From a virus (lineage: Duplodnaviria > Caudoviricetes), in the IMG/VR virus record IMGVR_UViG_3300033076_000654, positions 1 to 25,202 of that record: a stretch of DNA of 25,202 bases; one strand, given 5' to 3'. The translations under genes were made by a program, and so were the position numbers. This document shows, piece by piece, positions 7,451-16,588 of this stretch (position 1 is its first letter; each line of letters opens with the position of its first letter). Below the pieces are notes generated by a model. It had not been told where the DNA came from. It ran no database searches and was given only the letters and a program-made list of their open reading frames with translations.

Positions 7451-10400
7451 TTAAGGACAAGCCGCCGTTCCGATTTTCATTGTTATTACTCCGGTGTAAT
7501 TTGTACCGGTGTAGGCTAATTGAAAATAAATATATCCGGCGGTATTTGTTCCGCCCCAAACAAAAGGAATTGTTCCACTTGTTGCGCCTATCGGAATAAT
7601 TCCGTCCGAAGGACGTGATCCCGGAACAAAAAAGCCGCCGTTCGCCCCAGCCCAAAAATGAAGCGGCTTTGTTAGTGGCGTACTGCAAGAATATTCAAGA
7701 ACGTAACTTGATCCAACAATAGGCAAGCCCAAAGAAGAATCAGAAATAACGACGTTTCTATATCTTCCGTTCCCGGCGTTGTTTGCCGTCAAAGAAAAGT
7801 TTCCGCCGCCTAAACTTGCGCAAGTTAAATTTGAACCGCCTTGACAAACAATCGTTTGAAAATATTCACAAACAAGAACCGCCGGCGGCGTTGAAATGTA
7901 GCCGCAAAGGCGAACTTCCGAAGCGCCGGAAAGAACCGAAGGATCGAATTCAATCATTGCCGTCAAAGATCCGTCGAAGACTGAATCTTGATAAGTAACG
8001 CCCGGAATTGACAACAAAGGAATTCCAAAAGGCGAAGCGTTGATTTCGGCTTCTTGAATGTAAGGCAAGCCGAACGGCGCTTTTTCCAAGAAGAAAACAA
8101 AGTCACCTTCTTCAAGTGAAGCGTAAGTCACGCGGATTGAAGAAAAGTCGTCCGGACAAAAAGTTTCGTTAATATCTTGATAAACGCCCGAAGTAATTGA
8201 AAGCCCTTCAATTCGAACGCCGGTCAAGATTGAATCAAATCCGGAATTGTCGTTTTCGAAATCGATTGCGTTGACTTTGAAGGCTTGAACAATATTCCAA
8301 GTGAACCCGGATCCGAATATTGAAGACAAGTCAAATTCAAAACGATATTCAAAAAAAACGTCTTCTTCGATCCAAGAATTGTTGACGTTGTTCGTTGAAA
8401 TGTAAGTCGGCGACAAAGCGCCGGCGTTTGTTCGATTCAAATATTGCGCCGTCGGTGCAATCAAAACTTGTCCGGTGAAAGGCGATTGATCCCAACGAAC
8501 GCGCGTCAAAAAGTGAGTTTTCAAAAGTGTCGTTCCGTCGTCTTCAACGATCAGATCGTTCAAGTTTTGCCAACCGCCCGGAAAGCCTGCAACGCGGTTC
8601 GAAATATGAATCGAATCGACAAAGAAAGTCGTTTGAGTTGCCGACGGAAAAGCGTTTGATCGCTTGTAAATTGTTAAAGTGATTCGCTTCAAGAAATCAC
8701 GCCAAACAACGCCCGGCGTTATCAATCCCCAATTATCAAGGCAAGTCTTGAAATCGCCGGCTTCAAGCGTTAATCGGTGTTGAATTCTTTCCTTTGGTGC
8801 TGGCTGCAAACAATCCGTCGTTTGTGATTGAAACAACTGATCGAATTCACTTGTCACTTTTGGGGTGCAACCGCAATCAAGATCCGGAAGTTCAGTCACC
8901 GAAATAGGATCAGAAAGAAACGTGTTTGCCGTGATCGTATCGTTGCCATAAACAACCGCCGCAATCCGGTAAGTTGAAGAAGGATTGATTGTTGTTCCGA
9001 CGAAGCAAGTCACGCGCCAAACGTTCGGCGCAACGTTTGCAAAAGTCGAAGGTGAATTCAAATGATTATCGATCACGCCAACGCCGCCAACGTTCAAAAT
9101 TTGCGCGCGGCTTGAATCGTAATTTGTCAAGAAGTCAATCGAATTGTCGAATTGCGTTTCGTCAAACATTTGAAGAATGATCCCGGAAGCGCCGCCGTAA
9201 ATTGACGGAATTGTGATTTCAAAACTTACCGCCGTTTTTTCAATCGTTGAAAAGTTTGTAACTGAACCAACTGATCGCGTAAATTGAAACGAAGGCGAAT
9301 TGAATTCGCTTGATCCGTTGTAAAGCCCTTTATTATACCAACGCGCCGAAAACTTGATTGAATTCGTTTCAATACATTCGAACGGCATTTCGTCAACAAG
9401 AACGTTCGGATCTTTCAAATAAAACATTGAACAAAGTTTCTTGTTCGAATTATAGACGGACGGCAAAACGTTTGCCCAATCAGTCAAGCCGCTTGAAATA
9501 TTGCGTTTGAATTTGATATTGTTGACAAAGGTTGTCGCATTGATTAAAGATTCGAAATCAGAAATCAAAAAGAAGTTGAATTGAATTTCAAATTCACCGG
9601 CGGCGGCGTTTGTTGGGGTGAAGAAGGCTTCAAAGTTCTTTTGATTCAAGGCATTGATCCCGGCACCGATCAAAGGCATTGCGATTTGAACGCCGTCGAT
9701 CATTGAAGAATCGTATTCAATGTAATAAGCCACCGAAGGCGGCGCAAGAACCGAAGAAAAGTCACAAACAAAAGCGAACAAGATCGGATTGAACCAAATT
9801 TGAACGCCGTTCGTCAATGTATTCGGATAAACAAAAGAAAACTTCATCAACTTCTTGTCTGCGATTGTTGAAGTGACAAGATCCAGCGATCCGCAAAGTT
9901 TGTCAATATCGCGAAGAAGTCCGTTTTCGGTTCCGATTACGACGTCCGTACAAGCAAGACAAGAAACGTCTTGCTTTGCAAGTCCTTGAACGTGAGTTCT
10001 GATATTTGCCGGATCTTTTCCGCACCAACCGAAAAGAAAGTCGCAATCAAGAATTTGATCTTGCGACGAAGGCGTCCAAGTTATTGAAATTGGAACCGAA
10101 GATCCGAACGGAATGATTCCGTCAATATCTGAAAAAGTAAATTCCGAAGCGTTACAAAAACCGGCGTCAACTTTCCAATTGATAAAACCGATTGTATTGT
10201 TCACCATATTAACCCCAATCGTTGAAGAAGTTCCGAAAAGAACTTCACCGAAGTCGATCGGTTGCGGCGTTACAATTGTAAAAGGATCAACGCATTGCAA
10301 AGGGATATAATAATTGCCTTCGTTGCCGTGTTCAGCCGTTACAAAGTCGAATTTGACGTATCCGTCCGAAAGTCCTTCGGCACAAATTGCAACTTCAAAA

Positions 10401-10657
10401 GATAAGGTTTCACCGGGCGCGATCCAATATCCGAAATTCGGCGGAATGTCGCCGTTCACACTGATAAGCGTTGAAGTATAGTTCACGCCGGCACCGGTTG
10501 CGCCTATAATATCAAGCAACTTCAAGTTTGTATTGTGAACGTTCTGAATTGTGAACGTTGATCTTTGGCAACAATCGCAAAGAATTTTGTTCGGCGTTGC
10601 CGGATTGTAAGTATCTTGAAAGATCTGATCCGAAATAATTACAAGTTTTCTTGCCAT
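7451..10657 (-). CDS. Large tail-tip or fibre protein, 1068 aa, with N-terminal Ig-like (ASH / choice-of-anchor-D-like) domains and a Gly-rich C-terminal putative receptor-binding domain
   Basis: Patterns FTIQN...IAPGETLSFEV and PQPIDFGEVLFGTSSTIGVNMVN...IPFGSSVPISITWTP match ASH/PapD-like Ig folds; position is downstream of the tape measure gene. Confidence 0.7.
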   Translation of the reverse strand: MARKLVIISDQIFQDTYNPATPNKILCDCCQRSTFTIQNVHNTNLKLLDIIGATGAGVNYTSTLISVNGDIPPNFGYWIAPGETLSFEVAICAEGLSDGYVKFDFVTAEHGNEGNYYIPLQCVDPFTIVTPQPIDFGEVLFGTSSTIGVNMVNNTIGFINWKVDAGFCNASEFTFSDIDGIIPFGSSVPISITWTPSSQDQILDCDFLFGWCGKDPANIRTHVQGLAKQDVSCLACTDVVIGTENGLLRDIDKLCGSLDLVTSTIADKKLMKFSFVYPNTLTNGVQIWFNPILFAFVCDFSSVLAPPSVAYYIEYDSSMIDGVQIAMPLIGAGINALNQKNFEAFFTPTNAAAGEFEIQFNFFLISDFESLINATTFVNNIKFKRNISSGLTDWANVLPSVYNSNKKLCSMFYLKDPNVLVDEMPFECIETNSIKFSARWYNKGLYNGSSEFNSPSFQFTRSVGSVTNFSTIEKTAVSFEITIPSIYGGASGIILQMFDETQFDNSIDFLTNYDSSRAQILNVGGVGVIDNHLNSPSTFANVAPNVWRVTCFVGTTINPSSTYRIAAVVYGNDTITANTFLSDPISVTELPDLDCGCTPKVTSEFDQLFQSQTTDCLQPAPKERIQHRLTLEAGDFKTCLDNWGLITPGVVWRDFLKRITLTIYKRSNAFPSATQTTFFVDSIHISNRVAGFPGGWQNLNDLIVEDDGTTLLKTHFLTRVRWDQSPFTGQVLIAPTAQYLNRTNAGALSPTYISTNNVNNSWIEEDVFFEYRFEFDLSSIFGSGFTWNIVQAFKVNAIDFENDNSGFDSILTGVRIEGLSITSGVYQDINETFCPDDFSSIRVTYASLEEGDFVFFLEKAPFGLPYIQEAEINASPFGIPLLSIPGVTYQDSVFDGSLTAMIEFDPSVLSGASEVRLCGYISTPPAVLVCEYFQTIVCQGGSNLTCASLGGGNFSLTANNAGNGRYRNVVISDSSLGLPIVGSSYVLEYSCSTPLTKPLHFWAGANGGFFVPGSRPSDGIIPIGATSGTIPFVWGGTNTAGYIYFQLAYTGTNYTGVITMKIGTAACP

Positions 10658-10661
10658 TGTA

Positions 10662-10669
10662 CAAAGTTA
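10662..10669 (-). promoter_or_regulatory. TAACTTTG -7 element, 4 nt before ATG 10657 (overlaps the upstream stop)
   Basis: Minus strand reads TAACTTTG-taca-ATG. Confidence 0.55.
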
Positions 10670-12430
10670 AACAATTCCGGAAACTGAAATAATCCTTTTT
10701 GCGAAATCGACTTTCAATTCTTTGACGATCCCGAAAGCCGGCGATCCGCCTTTGATCAGTCGAACCGATTTCGTAAAGTCGAACGATTCGAATTCGTCGC
10801 AATCAAATTCAAATTGAAAAGTGAAGTCGAATTGTTTTGTTGCTGGATTGCGCGGATCGTCGATATAATGAAACAAAGAATAAAGGTTGTTATTGAACCC
10901 TTCACGGAACCAAAAAGGATAATTGAATCGGTCGTCTTCTGAAATATAGCCTTGTCCGTAAGAAACGGAACCGCCGCAAAAAGCGTCCGAATAATAGTTT
11001 TGAACCTTTGCTTCGGTGTAACCGCTTGACGGATCCCAAATCAACAACTTGTAATTGAAAGCCGTGTCGTTGTTTAACAACAAATATCTTTTCGATTGAC
11101 TGAAAACGCCACCGAACAACGCGTCAACAATACCGCCCAAAACGTCGGCGAAATAAGAAAAGACGTCTTGTTCGATATTGTCGTCACGGAATCGCGCCGG
11201 CGACAAAGGCAATTGAACGTTCAGTTCGCCGGCTTGCGAAGGCGAATAAGGAACGTTGAAGTCAACAATATCGTTGAAACGCGGACTTGCTTCGTTTCCG
11301 ATATAGTCTTGCGCGTCCGGTTGATATTCGAATCGTCCAAAAGCCCAGCGTTCGCGATCTTGCCAACTGAAACAAATCTTGTTGTCAATGATCCGCCCTT
11401 CGTTGTAAAGTTGTTCGGCGTCGATCCAAGTTGAAACGCCTTGAAAATAGTCCTTGCGTTCAAAAATGAAAGCGTTTCCAACAACCCAAAAGTTCGCGTT
11501 GAACGTTGGCTTCAAGATATTGTTCATTAAACTTTCAAGCGTTTCAACCGGCAAGTTTTCAGAAATCGGAAGGTAATTCGTTTCGGTTCGTTTGCGCCCT
11601 TTGTGAACTTGCGCTGCAAAGAATAATGTATTGTAATAAGGCGACGACGGATCGTTCAAGATTGAACTTTGAAACGTCAATCCGCATTTGTCGCAAACGT
11701 TTTTTATGTAGTCACGAAGAAGCGGCGTCGGGTGAAACTTTCCGCAAGGGATCGCGAATTCGCGAACTTCTTGAAAGACTTCAAGGATTTGTTCAACGGC
11801 TTCAACCGGATTCGTGAATTGCGAATCATTGCAATCGCTTTGAGTGCAATTCGTGCCGGGTAAAGCGCACGCAATCGTACAAACAATATAAACAATTCCG
11901 GCAATAACCGCAACAACAACAAGAAGCGGAACCATAATCGAAAACAAAACGGCATTAAGAAGGTAAGCAAGCCAAACAAGAACGTATTGAATAAACGCCG
12001 GGCGGTGTTCGATACAATATCGGATTGCTGGACGTTGCGCGTTCAAGAAGCCGTTGTGATCGTCCCAAATGATTGTGCTTTTCAAGCAATTGACTTCGGG
12101 CTTTTCTTCAACGATATTCGCCGAAATATAGCAATCCGGTTCGCACCAATCAATCGAATCGCCGCGAATAACGCCCTTGAAAACTTCTTTCAAACAACAA
12201 TCGTCAAAGACTTTGACTTGCGCCGTATTTGCGAAGCCGTTCGGATCGTCTAAAAAGATTGTTTTAAGAATATTATATCCGTCGTCGTAAAAGGTAAGTT
12301 CAGACGAAAAGGATTTCGAAATTGTTCCGTCTTGATCGTTTTCGCGGATCGTTGTTTCGAAAGTATCAGTTCCGTCGATTCGTCCGGTTATCAAGACGCC
12401 GTTGATTTCAATTTTGATCGGTGAGTTCAT
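10667..12430 (-). CDS. Tail hub or tip protein, 587 aa, with an internal hydrophobic segment
   Basis: ATGA-coupled to the tape measure gene; beta-rich termini; about 45 aa hydrophobic stretch; 16 Cys. Confidence 0.65.
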   Translation of the reverse strand: MNSPIKIEINGVLITGRIDGTDTFETTIRENDQDGTISKSFSSELTFYDDGYNILKTIFLDDPNGFANTAQVKVFDDCCLKEVFKGVIRGDSIDWCEPDCYISANIVEEKPEVNCLKSTIIWDDHNGFLNAQRPAIRYCIEHRPAFIQYVLVWLAYLLNAVLFSIMVPLLVVVAVIAGIVYIVCTIACALPGTNCTQSDCNDSQFTNPVEAVEQILEVFQEVREFAIPCGKFHPTPLLRDYIKNVCDKCGLTFQSSILNDPSSPYYNTLFFAAQVHKGRKRTETNYLPISENLPVETLESLMNNILKPTFNANFWVVGNAFIFERKDYFQGVSTWIDAEQLYNEGRIIDNKICFSWQDRERWAFGRFEYQPDAQDYIGNEASPRFNDIVDFNVPYSPSQAGELNVQLPLSPARFRDDNIEQDVFSYFADVLGGIVDALFGGVFSQSKRYLLLNNDTAFNYKLLIWDPSSGYTEAKVQNYYSDAFCGGSVSYGQGYISEDDRFNYPFWFREGFNNNLYSLFHYIDDPRNPATKQFDFTFQFEFDCDEFESFDFTKSVRLIKGGSPAFGIVKELKVDFAKRIISVSGIV

Positions 12431-15400
12431 TTCGTTTTGTTTCTGATTCGTTGATCTTTGTATTGCAAGCGCGAAACGATTCCATTGATTCCGCGTTCGT
12501 CGATTGACAAGGACAAGCCTTTTTGTTCCCGGATCGCCTTTTCGATTCGATCAAGTCTTGCGTCCGTCAATGAATTATTGATCACAACAATTTTTTCGTT
12601 GATATTCGAAGCAAGTTTCGGATCCCTTCCGGCGTGAATTGCTTCAAGCAAAGGTCTGAATTGACGCGTCTTTTCCTTCGTGATAACGAATTCGCCTTTG
12701 TGAACAACGCCGGCTTCTTCGAACTTTCCGCCGTCGCCGGTATAGCCACCTTTCGCAAATGAAGAAGCCGCCCTTGCTTGCGCCCTTGCTTGAACAAGTC
12801 CAGCCGCAAGCGCGATCAAAGTTGCCGCAATCGTAAAGGGTGCCGCCGCGCCACCTTCCGCCGCCGCTTTCGCGATTGCAACCGAAGAATTCGCGACAAG
12901 TTCGATCGCCGCAAGCGCTTGTTGTTGACGGACGAAACGCGCTTTTTGTTCGTTCAGTTTGCGAAGTCTTTCTTCTTCGATTTGAAGAATTTCGGCGTTT
13001 CCTTTTTCGGCGATTTCTTTTGCAGCGTCAACGCGCTTTTGTTGTCCACTGATCGCGGCTTCCGTTTCTGCAATTCGTGCAGCAATTACGGCGTTCACCG
13101 CGTCAAGGGTTGCTTTTGCAACTTCAAAGATCCCTTGAATGATCGCTTGTTTTTCGTCTTCGGCAATCTTTTTCTTGCGTTCGCTTTCGTCTTCGGCAAT
13201 CTTGACGGAACGATCCGCAAAGTCTTGTTCAGTTTTCAAGATTTCAAGATCCGCGTTGCGTCGAATCAAGGTCTTTTCTTCTTTGGTAAGTCCTTCTTGC
13301 CCAAGTTCGAAGTCACGTTGTTCTTCAATTGCAGCGATCCGGACGCGTTTTTCGTCTTGAAGACTTGATTCAATATCCTTCAAGTTCTGATCAAGTTGAT
13401 CTTTTATTGAACTTTTTTGTTCCGGCGTTTTGGCAACTGAAAGATCCTTCAACAACTTCGATCTTTCCTTTTCAAGTTCACGCGTATTTTGAACCATATT
13501 TTCAAGCGTGATCGCGTTGTTCGTGTTGTTTATATCGTTCAACGTTTTCGCGCGATCCTTTGCCGCCTTTTCTTCAATTACTTTGATCGCGTTTTCCGTT
13601 TCGTTCGTTGCTTTTTCCTTTTGCTTCTTGCGAAGAACGTCGAATTGCTTTTGAACGGCTTCGGTTAAAGTTCCTTCTTTCTTTGCTTCTTTGACGCGGT
13701 TGTCGATTTCGGCGTCGATTTCATTCGTTTGCGCTTCCAGCAATCCGCGAAGTTTTGCGATTTCTTCTTCTTTGGTCTTTGGGTTAATAAACGAAATCGG
13801 TTGCTTGTTGATTTCAAGTTGAACTTTCTGAATTTCGCGCGTAAGATCTTGAAGAAGTTTGATCCGATCCGCCGCCAACTTTGCCGCCGCCTTTGCTTCT
13901 TCTTTTGAAAGACTTGAAGTCTTCGCGGTTGCTTCGGCGCCAATCCGTGAAAGTTTGTCGATCGTTTCGTTCGTGGCGTTTAATTTGTCTTGAATTTCTT
14001 TTGTTGTTCCGTCGATCGCTTCTTTGACGATTTCAGTTTGCCCTAAAAGATCCGAATTCATTTTTTCGGCGCTTCCCATATAGTCCGCCGCGTTGTTCGC
14101 TTTGATCTTTTCTTGAAGCGCTTTCGCTTGATCTTCGATCGCTTTGATTTCGGCTTCATTGAACCCGGCAAGAATCTTCTTTCTTTCGTCGCCGAAAGAT
14201 TTGTCTTGCGCAAGTTGGCGCGCCGCGTCCTTGATTTGTGCCGCGCGAAGTTTGTCTTCAAGTTCGATTTGTTGCTTCGTCAATTCGATCAATTGTCCTT
14301 CAACGGCTTTCGCCCTTGCCGCCGCTTTGATTGATTCAGCAAGTTGCTTGTAAACTTTGTCAAGTTGTGAAACGAAAGCCGTTTCGTCGGACAAGTTCTT
14401 CAAGGTTGTTCCGTACTTCGAATTTATTTCGTTGATCAGTTGAACGCGTTCGCTGGATCCGGCGTTCGTATTTCGAAGCGCGCCGAACAATCGATCAAGT
14501 TCGACTTTTTCTTTTGCGAATTCCGCGTTCGTTTGTTCGGTGACGGCTGCAAGCGCTTCGCTTGTTGTGATGAAATTGTCTTCTTCTTGCGTTGCGGTTT
14601 CAACTGAATCGCCAAAGTCCAAGAAGAACGCCGCCGCAACGGATAAAGCCGAAGCGATCAATCCGATCGGATTCGATTTCAAAACGGCTGAAAAGGTTGT
14701 TGTCGCCGCCGTTGCTGCACGCGTTGCCACCGCCGAAGCGGTTGTTGCGCCGGTGAAGACGTTTGTCGCGATTGTGGACGCGCGCAAAGCCGCCGTTCGG
14801 ATCCCGGTTGCAATTGCCGCCGCCTTGTCGCGAACGGCTGAAATTCCTTTTTGTATGTTTGAAATCAATTCGGCTTGAACGGCTTGTTTTTGTTGCCCGA
14901 CGTAAAAGGCAACGGCACCGGCAAGAAGAAGAAGCGATCGTCCGTTTTGCTGGACGAAGCCCGGAAGCGCTGCGAATACGTCAATCGCACCTTGCGCACC
15001 GGCAAGCAATGATTCAAAAACCGGAAGCAATCCTTCACCGATCGAACGTTTCAATTGCTCGAAGTTTCCTTCAAGCGTCGAAATCCTTCCGGCGGTTGAT
15101 TGTGAAAGTTTTTCAGTAAGTCCGAAAAAGCGTCCGCCTTCTTCGGTAAGGTTGCCGAAAGCGCGTTCAAATACGTCGAAAGAAATCTTTCCTTCGGATC
15201 CAAGTTTTTTGACTTGATCTTCGGAAACTTTCAATTCTTTCGCGAATTCTTGAATAATCGGAACGCCGGCTTCCGTTAACTGATTTATATCTTCGGCGTA
15301 TAGTGTACCGGCGACGCGTGCTTTTCCATAAATTACGGCTAATTCATTGAAGTCTTTTCCGGTTGCGCTGGATACGTCACCGATCTTTTGAAGCGTTGAT

Positions 15401-15804
15401 TGCAATTGTTGAACCGGTTCACCAAAAGCAAGAAGCGCCTTTCCGGCGTTGTTGACTTGTTCCGGCGTGAAAGGGGTTGCAACTGAAAACTTTTCAAGAT
15501 CCGCAAGAACTTGTTTCGCTTTGTCGGCGGATCCTAAAAACGTTTCAAACGAAATTCCAAGCGATTCGTAATTTGCGACGGCTTGAATTGCGCCTTTTCC
15601 GAAATCAATTGCGGCGGCTGCAACTTGAACGCCACCAAAAGCGGCGGCGGCACCGGCAAGCGTTTTTTGAAGAAGCGAAACTTTTTTTGTCGTGTCGTCG
15701 GTTGCTTTTCCAACGCCGGCGATTTGCGCTTTGACGGCTTCGAGTTCTTTTCGAAGTCCGGCGGTTTCCGCTTGAATTTTGAATAAGACGTTTTTAACTG
15801 CCAT
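12427..15804 (-). CDS. Tail tape measure protein, 1125 aa
   Basis: N-terminal tape-measure domain (FETFLGSADKAKQVLADLEKFSVATPF...LQKIGDVSSATG...YGKARVAG), Ala-rich and coiled-coil body, and the C-terminal FAKGGYTGDGGKFEEAGVVHKGEFV motif typical of tape measure proteins. Confidence 0.95.
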   Translation of the reverse strand: MAVKNVLFKIQAETAGLRKELEAVKAQIAGVGKATDDTTKKVSLLQKTLAGAAAAFGGVQVAAAAIDFGKGAIQAVANYESLGISFETFLGSADKAKQVLADLEKFSVATPFTPEQVNNAGKALLAFGEPVQQLQSTLQKIGDVSSATGKDFNELAVIYGKARVAGTLYAEDINQLTEAGVPIIQEFAKELKVSEDQVKKLGSEGKISFDVFERAFGNLTEEGGRFFGLTEKLSQSTAGRISTLEGNFEQLKRSIGEGLLPVFESLLAGAQGAIDVFAALPGFVQQNGRSLLLLAGAVAFYVGQQKQAVQAELISNIQKGISAVRDKAAAIATGIRTAALRASTIATNVFTGATTASAVATRAATAATTTFSAVLKSNPIGLIASALSVAAAFFLDFGDSVETATQEEDNFITTSEALAAVTEQTNAEFAKEKVELDRLFGALRNTNAGSSERVQLINEINSKYGTTLKNLSDETAFVSQLDKVYKQLAESIKAAARAKAVEGQLIELTKQQIELEDKLRAAQIKDAARQLAQDKSFGDERKKILAGFNEAEIKAIEDQAKALQEKIKANNAADYMGSAEKMNSDLLGQTEIVKEAIDGTTKEIQDKLNATNETIDKLSRIGAEATAKTSSLSKEEAKAAAKLAADRIKLLQDLTREIQKVQLEINKQPISFINPKTKEEEIAKLRGLLEAQTNEIDAEIDNRVKEAKKEGTLTEAVQKQFDVLRKKQKEKATNETENAIKVIEEKAAKDRAKTLNDINNTNNAITLENMVQNTRELEKERSKLLKDLSVAKTPEQKSSIKDQLDQNLKDIESSLQDEKRVRIAAIEEQRDFELGQEGLTKEEKTLIRRNADLEILKTEQDFADRSVKIAEDESERKKKIAEDEKQAIIQGIFEVAKATLDAVNAVIAARIAETEAAISGQQKRVDAAKEIAEKGNAEILQIEEERLRKLNEQKARFVRQQQALAAIELVANSSVAIAKAAAEGGAAAPFTIAATLIALAAGLVQARAQARAASSFAKGGYTGDGGKFEEAGVVHKGEFVITKEKTRQFRPLLEAIHAGRDPKLASNINEKIVVINNSLTDARLDRIEKAIREQKGLSLSIDERGINGIVSRLQYKDQRIRNKTK

Positions 15805-15815
15805 TTTTTGAAGTT

Positions 15816-16148
15816 TTAGGATCCGACTTTGCGCCGGGATTGATTCGACTTGTCGTTGTTGTTGCCTTCAAGCGCTTCGTTCTTTTCTTCAATGATCCGG
15901 ACGTAAGTTGATAAGGTTTGATAATATTCTTCAACGTTCAGATTTTCAAGGGCTTTCATTTCGGAAACTTTATTGTCGCAAATGATTTGATTCAAATAAT
16001 TTATTTCATCAATGTAGTTCCCGACTTCGTTTCCCGAATAAAGCGCAAAAGTTTTTCGTTGTGAAGGGCGTTTCGATTCAAATAATCTAAAATATCGGTT
16101 TCGGATATATTCGAATAGTTGATTGTGAGTTCGAACGCCCTTTGAACA
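15816..16148 (-). CDS. -1 frame extension of the tail assembly chaperone (gpGT-like); not in the ORF track
   Basis: The -1 frame is open from the T TTT TTT heptamer (16154-16148) to TAA at 15816, 11 nt before the tape measure ATG. It encodes ...YIDEINYLNQIICDNKVSEMKALENLNVEEYYQTLSTYVRIIEEKNEALEGNNNDKSNQSRRKVGS. Confidence 0.75.
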   Translation of the reverse strand, partial: CSKGVRTHNQLFEYIRNRYFRLFESKRPSQRKTFALYSGNEVGNYIDEINYLNQIICDNKVSEMKALENLNVEEYYQTLSTYVRIIEEKNEALEGNNNDKSNQSRRKVGS

Positions 16149-16588
16149 AAAAAATTGAACAAGTCCGGATTTGATTTGAAAAGATCGATCTTGTTCTTGC
16201 GTGTGACTTCGTTGAATTCCGTTTCGTCTTCGCCGTCTTCAATGAAGTAACAAGCGGCAAGTTCAATCAAGGTTGATTCTTCGCCCAAGAAGTCAAGACG
16301 GAATTCGATTTCGTTCAGTATCGAAAAAAGTTCAACGATATTGCCCGAATTCGCGCGTTGCTTCATTTGCTCGATCAGTTGCTTCAACGTTTCTTTTGTC
16401 AAGTTCATTGAAGCGAATCTTGTCGCAACTTCGGCGGCGATTGCGCGCTTTGCCGGCATTGTTAAAGGATTTTCGTATTCGTACCAATTCACGCCGCGCG
16501 AATCGGTGAAGATTTGTTTCAAAGGGATCATTGATCCGGTTGAATGTTTGACGGATTGCGGCGGTTGTTGTCGTCTGAATAGTTTCAT
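16001..16588 (-). CDS. Tail assembly chaperone (gpG-like), 195 aa
   Basis: Upstream of the tape measure gene with a frameshift arrangement. The start is moved to ATG 16588 (ATGA overlap with the 43-aa ORF). Confidence 0.7.
   Translation of the reverse strand: MKLFRRQQPPQSVKHSTGSMIPLKQIFTDSRGVNWYEYENPLTMPAKRAIAAEVATRFASMNLTKETLKQLIEQMKQRANSGNIVELFSILNEIEFRLDFLGEESTLIELAACYFIEDGEDETEFNEVTRKNKIDLFKSNPDLFNFFVQRAFELTINYSNISETDILDYLNRNALHNEKLLRFIRETKSGTTLMK

Noticed and set aside
16029-16035. GGGAAAC heptamer near the end of the tail chaperone gene
   Set aside because: It is phased as CGG GAA ACG in the coding frame, not X XXY YYZ, so it is not a canonical -1 site. The T7 run at 16148-16154 is correctly phased.
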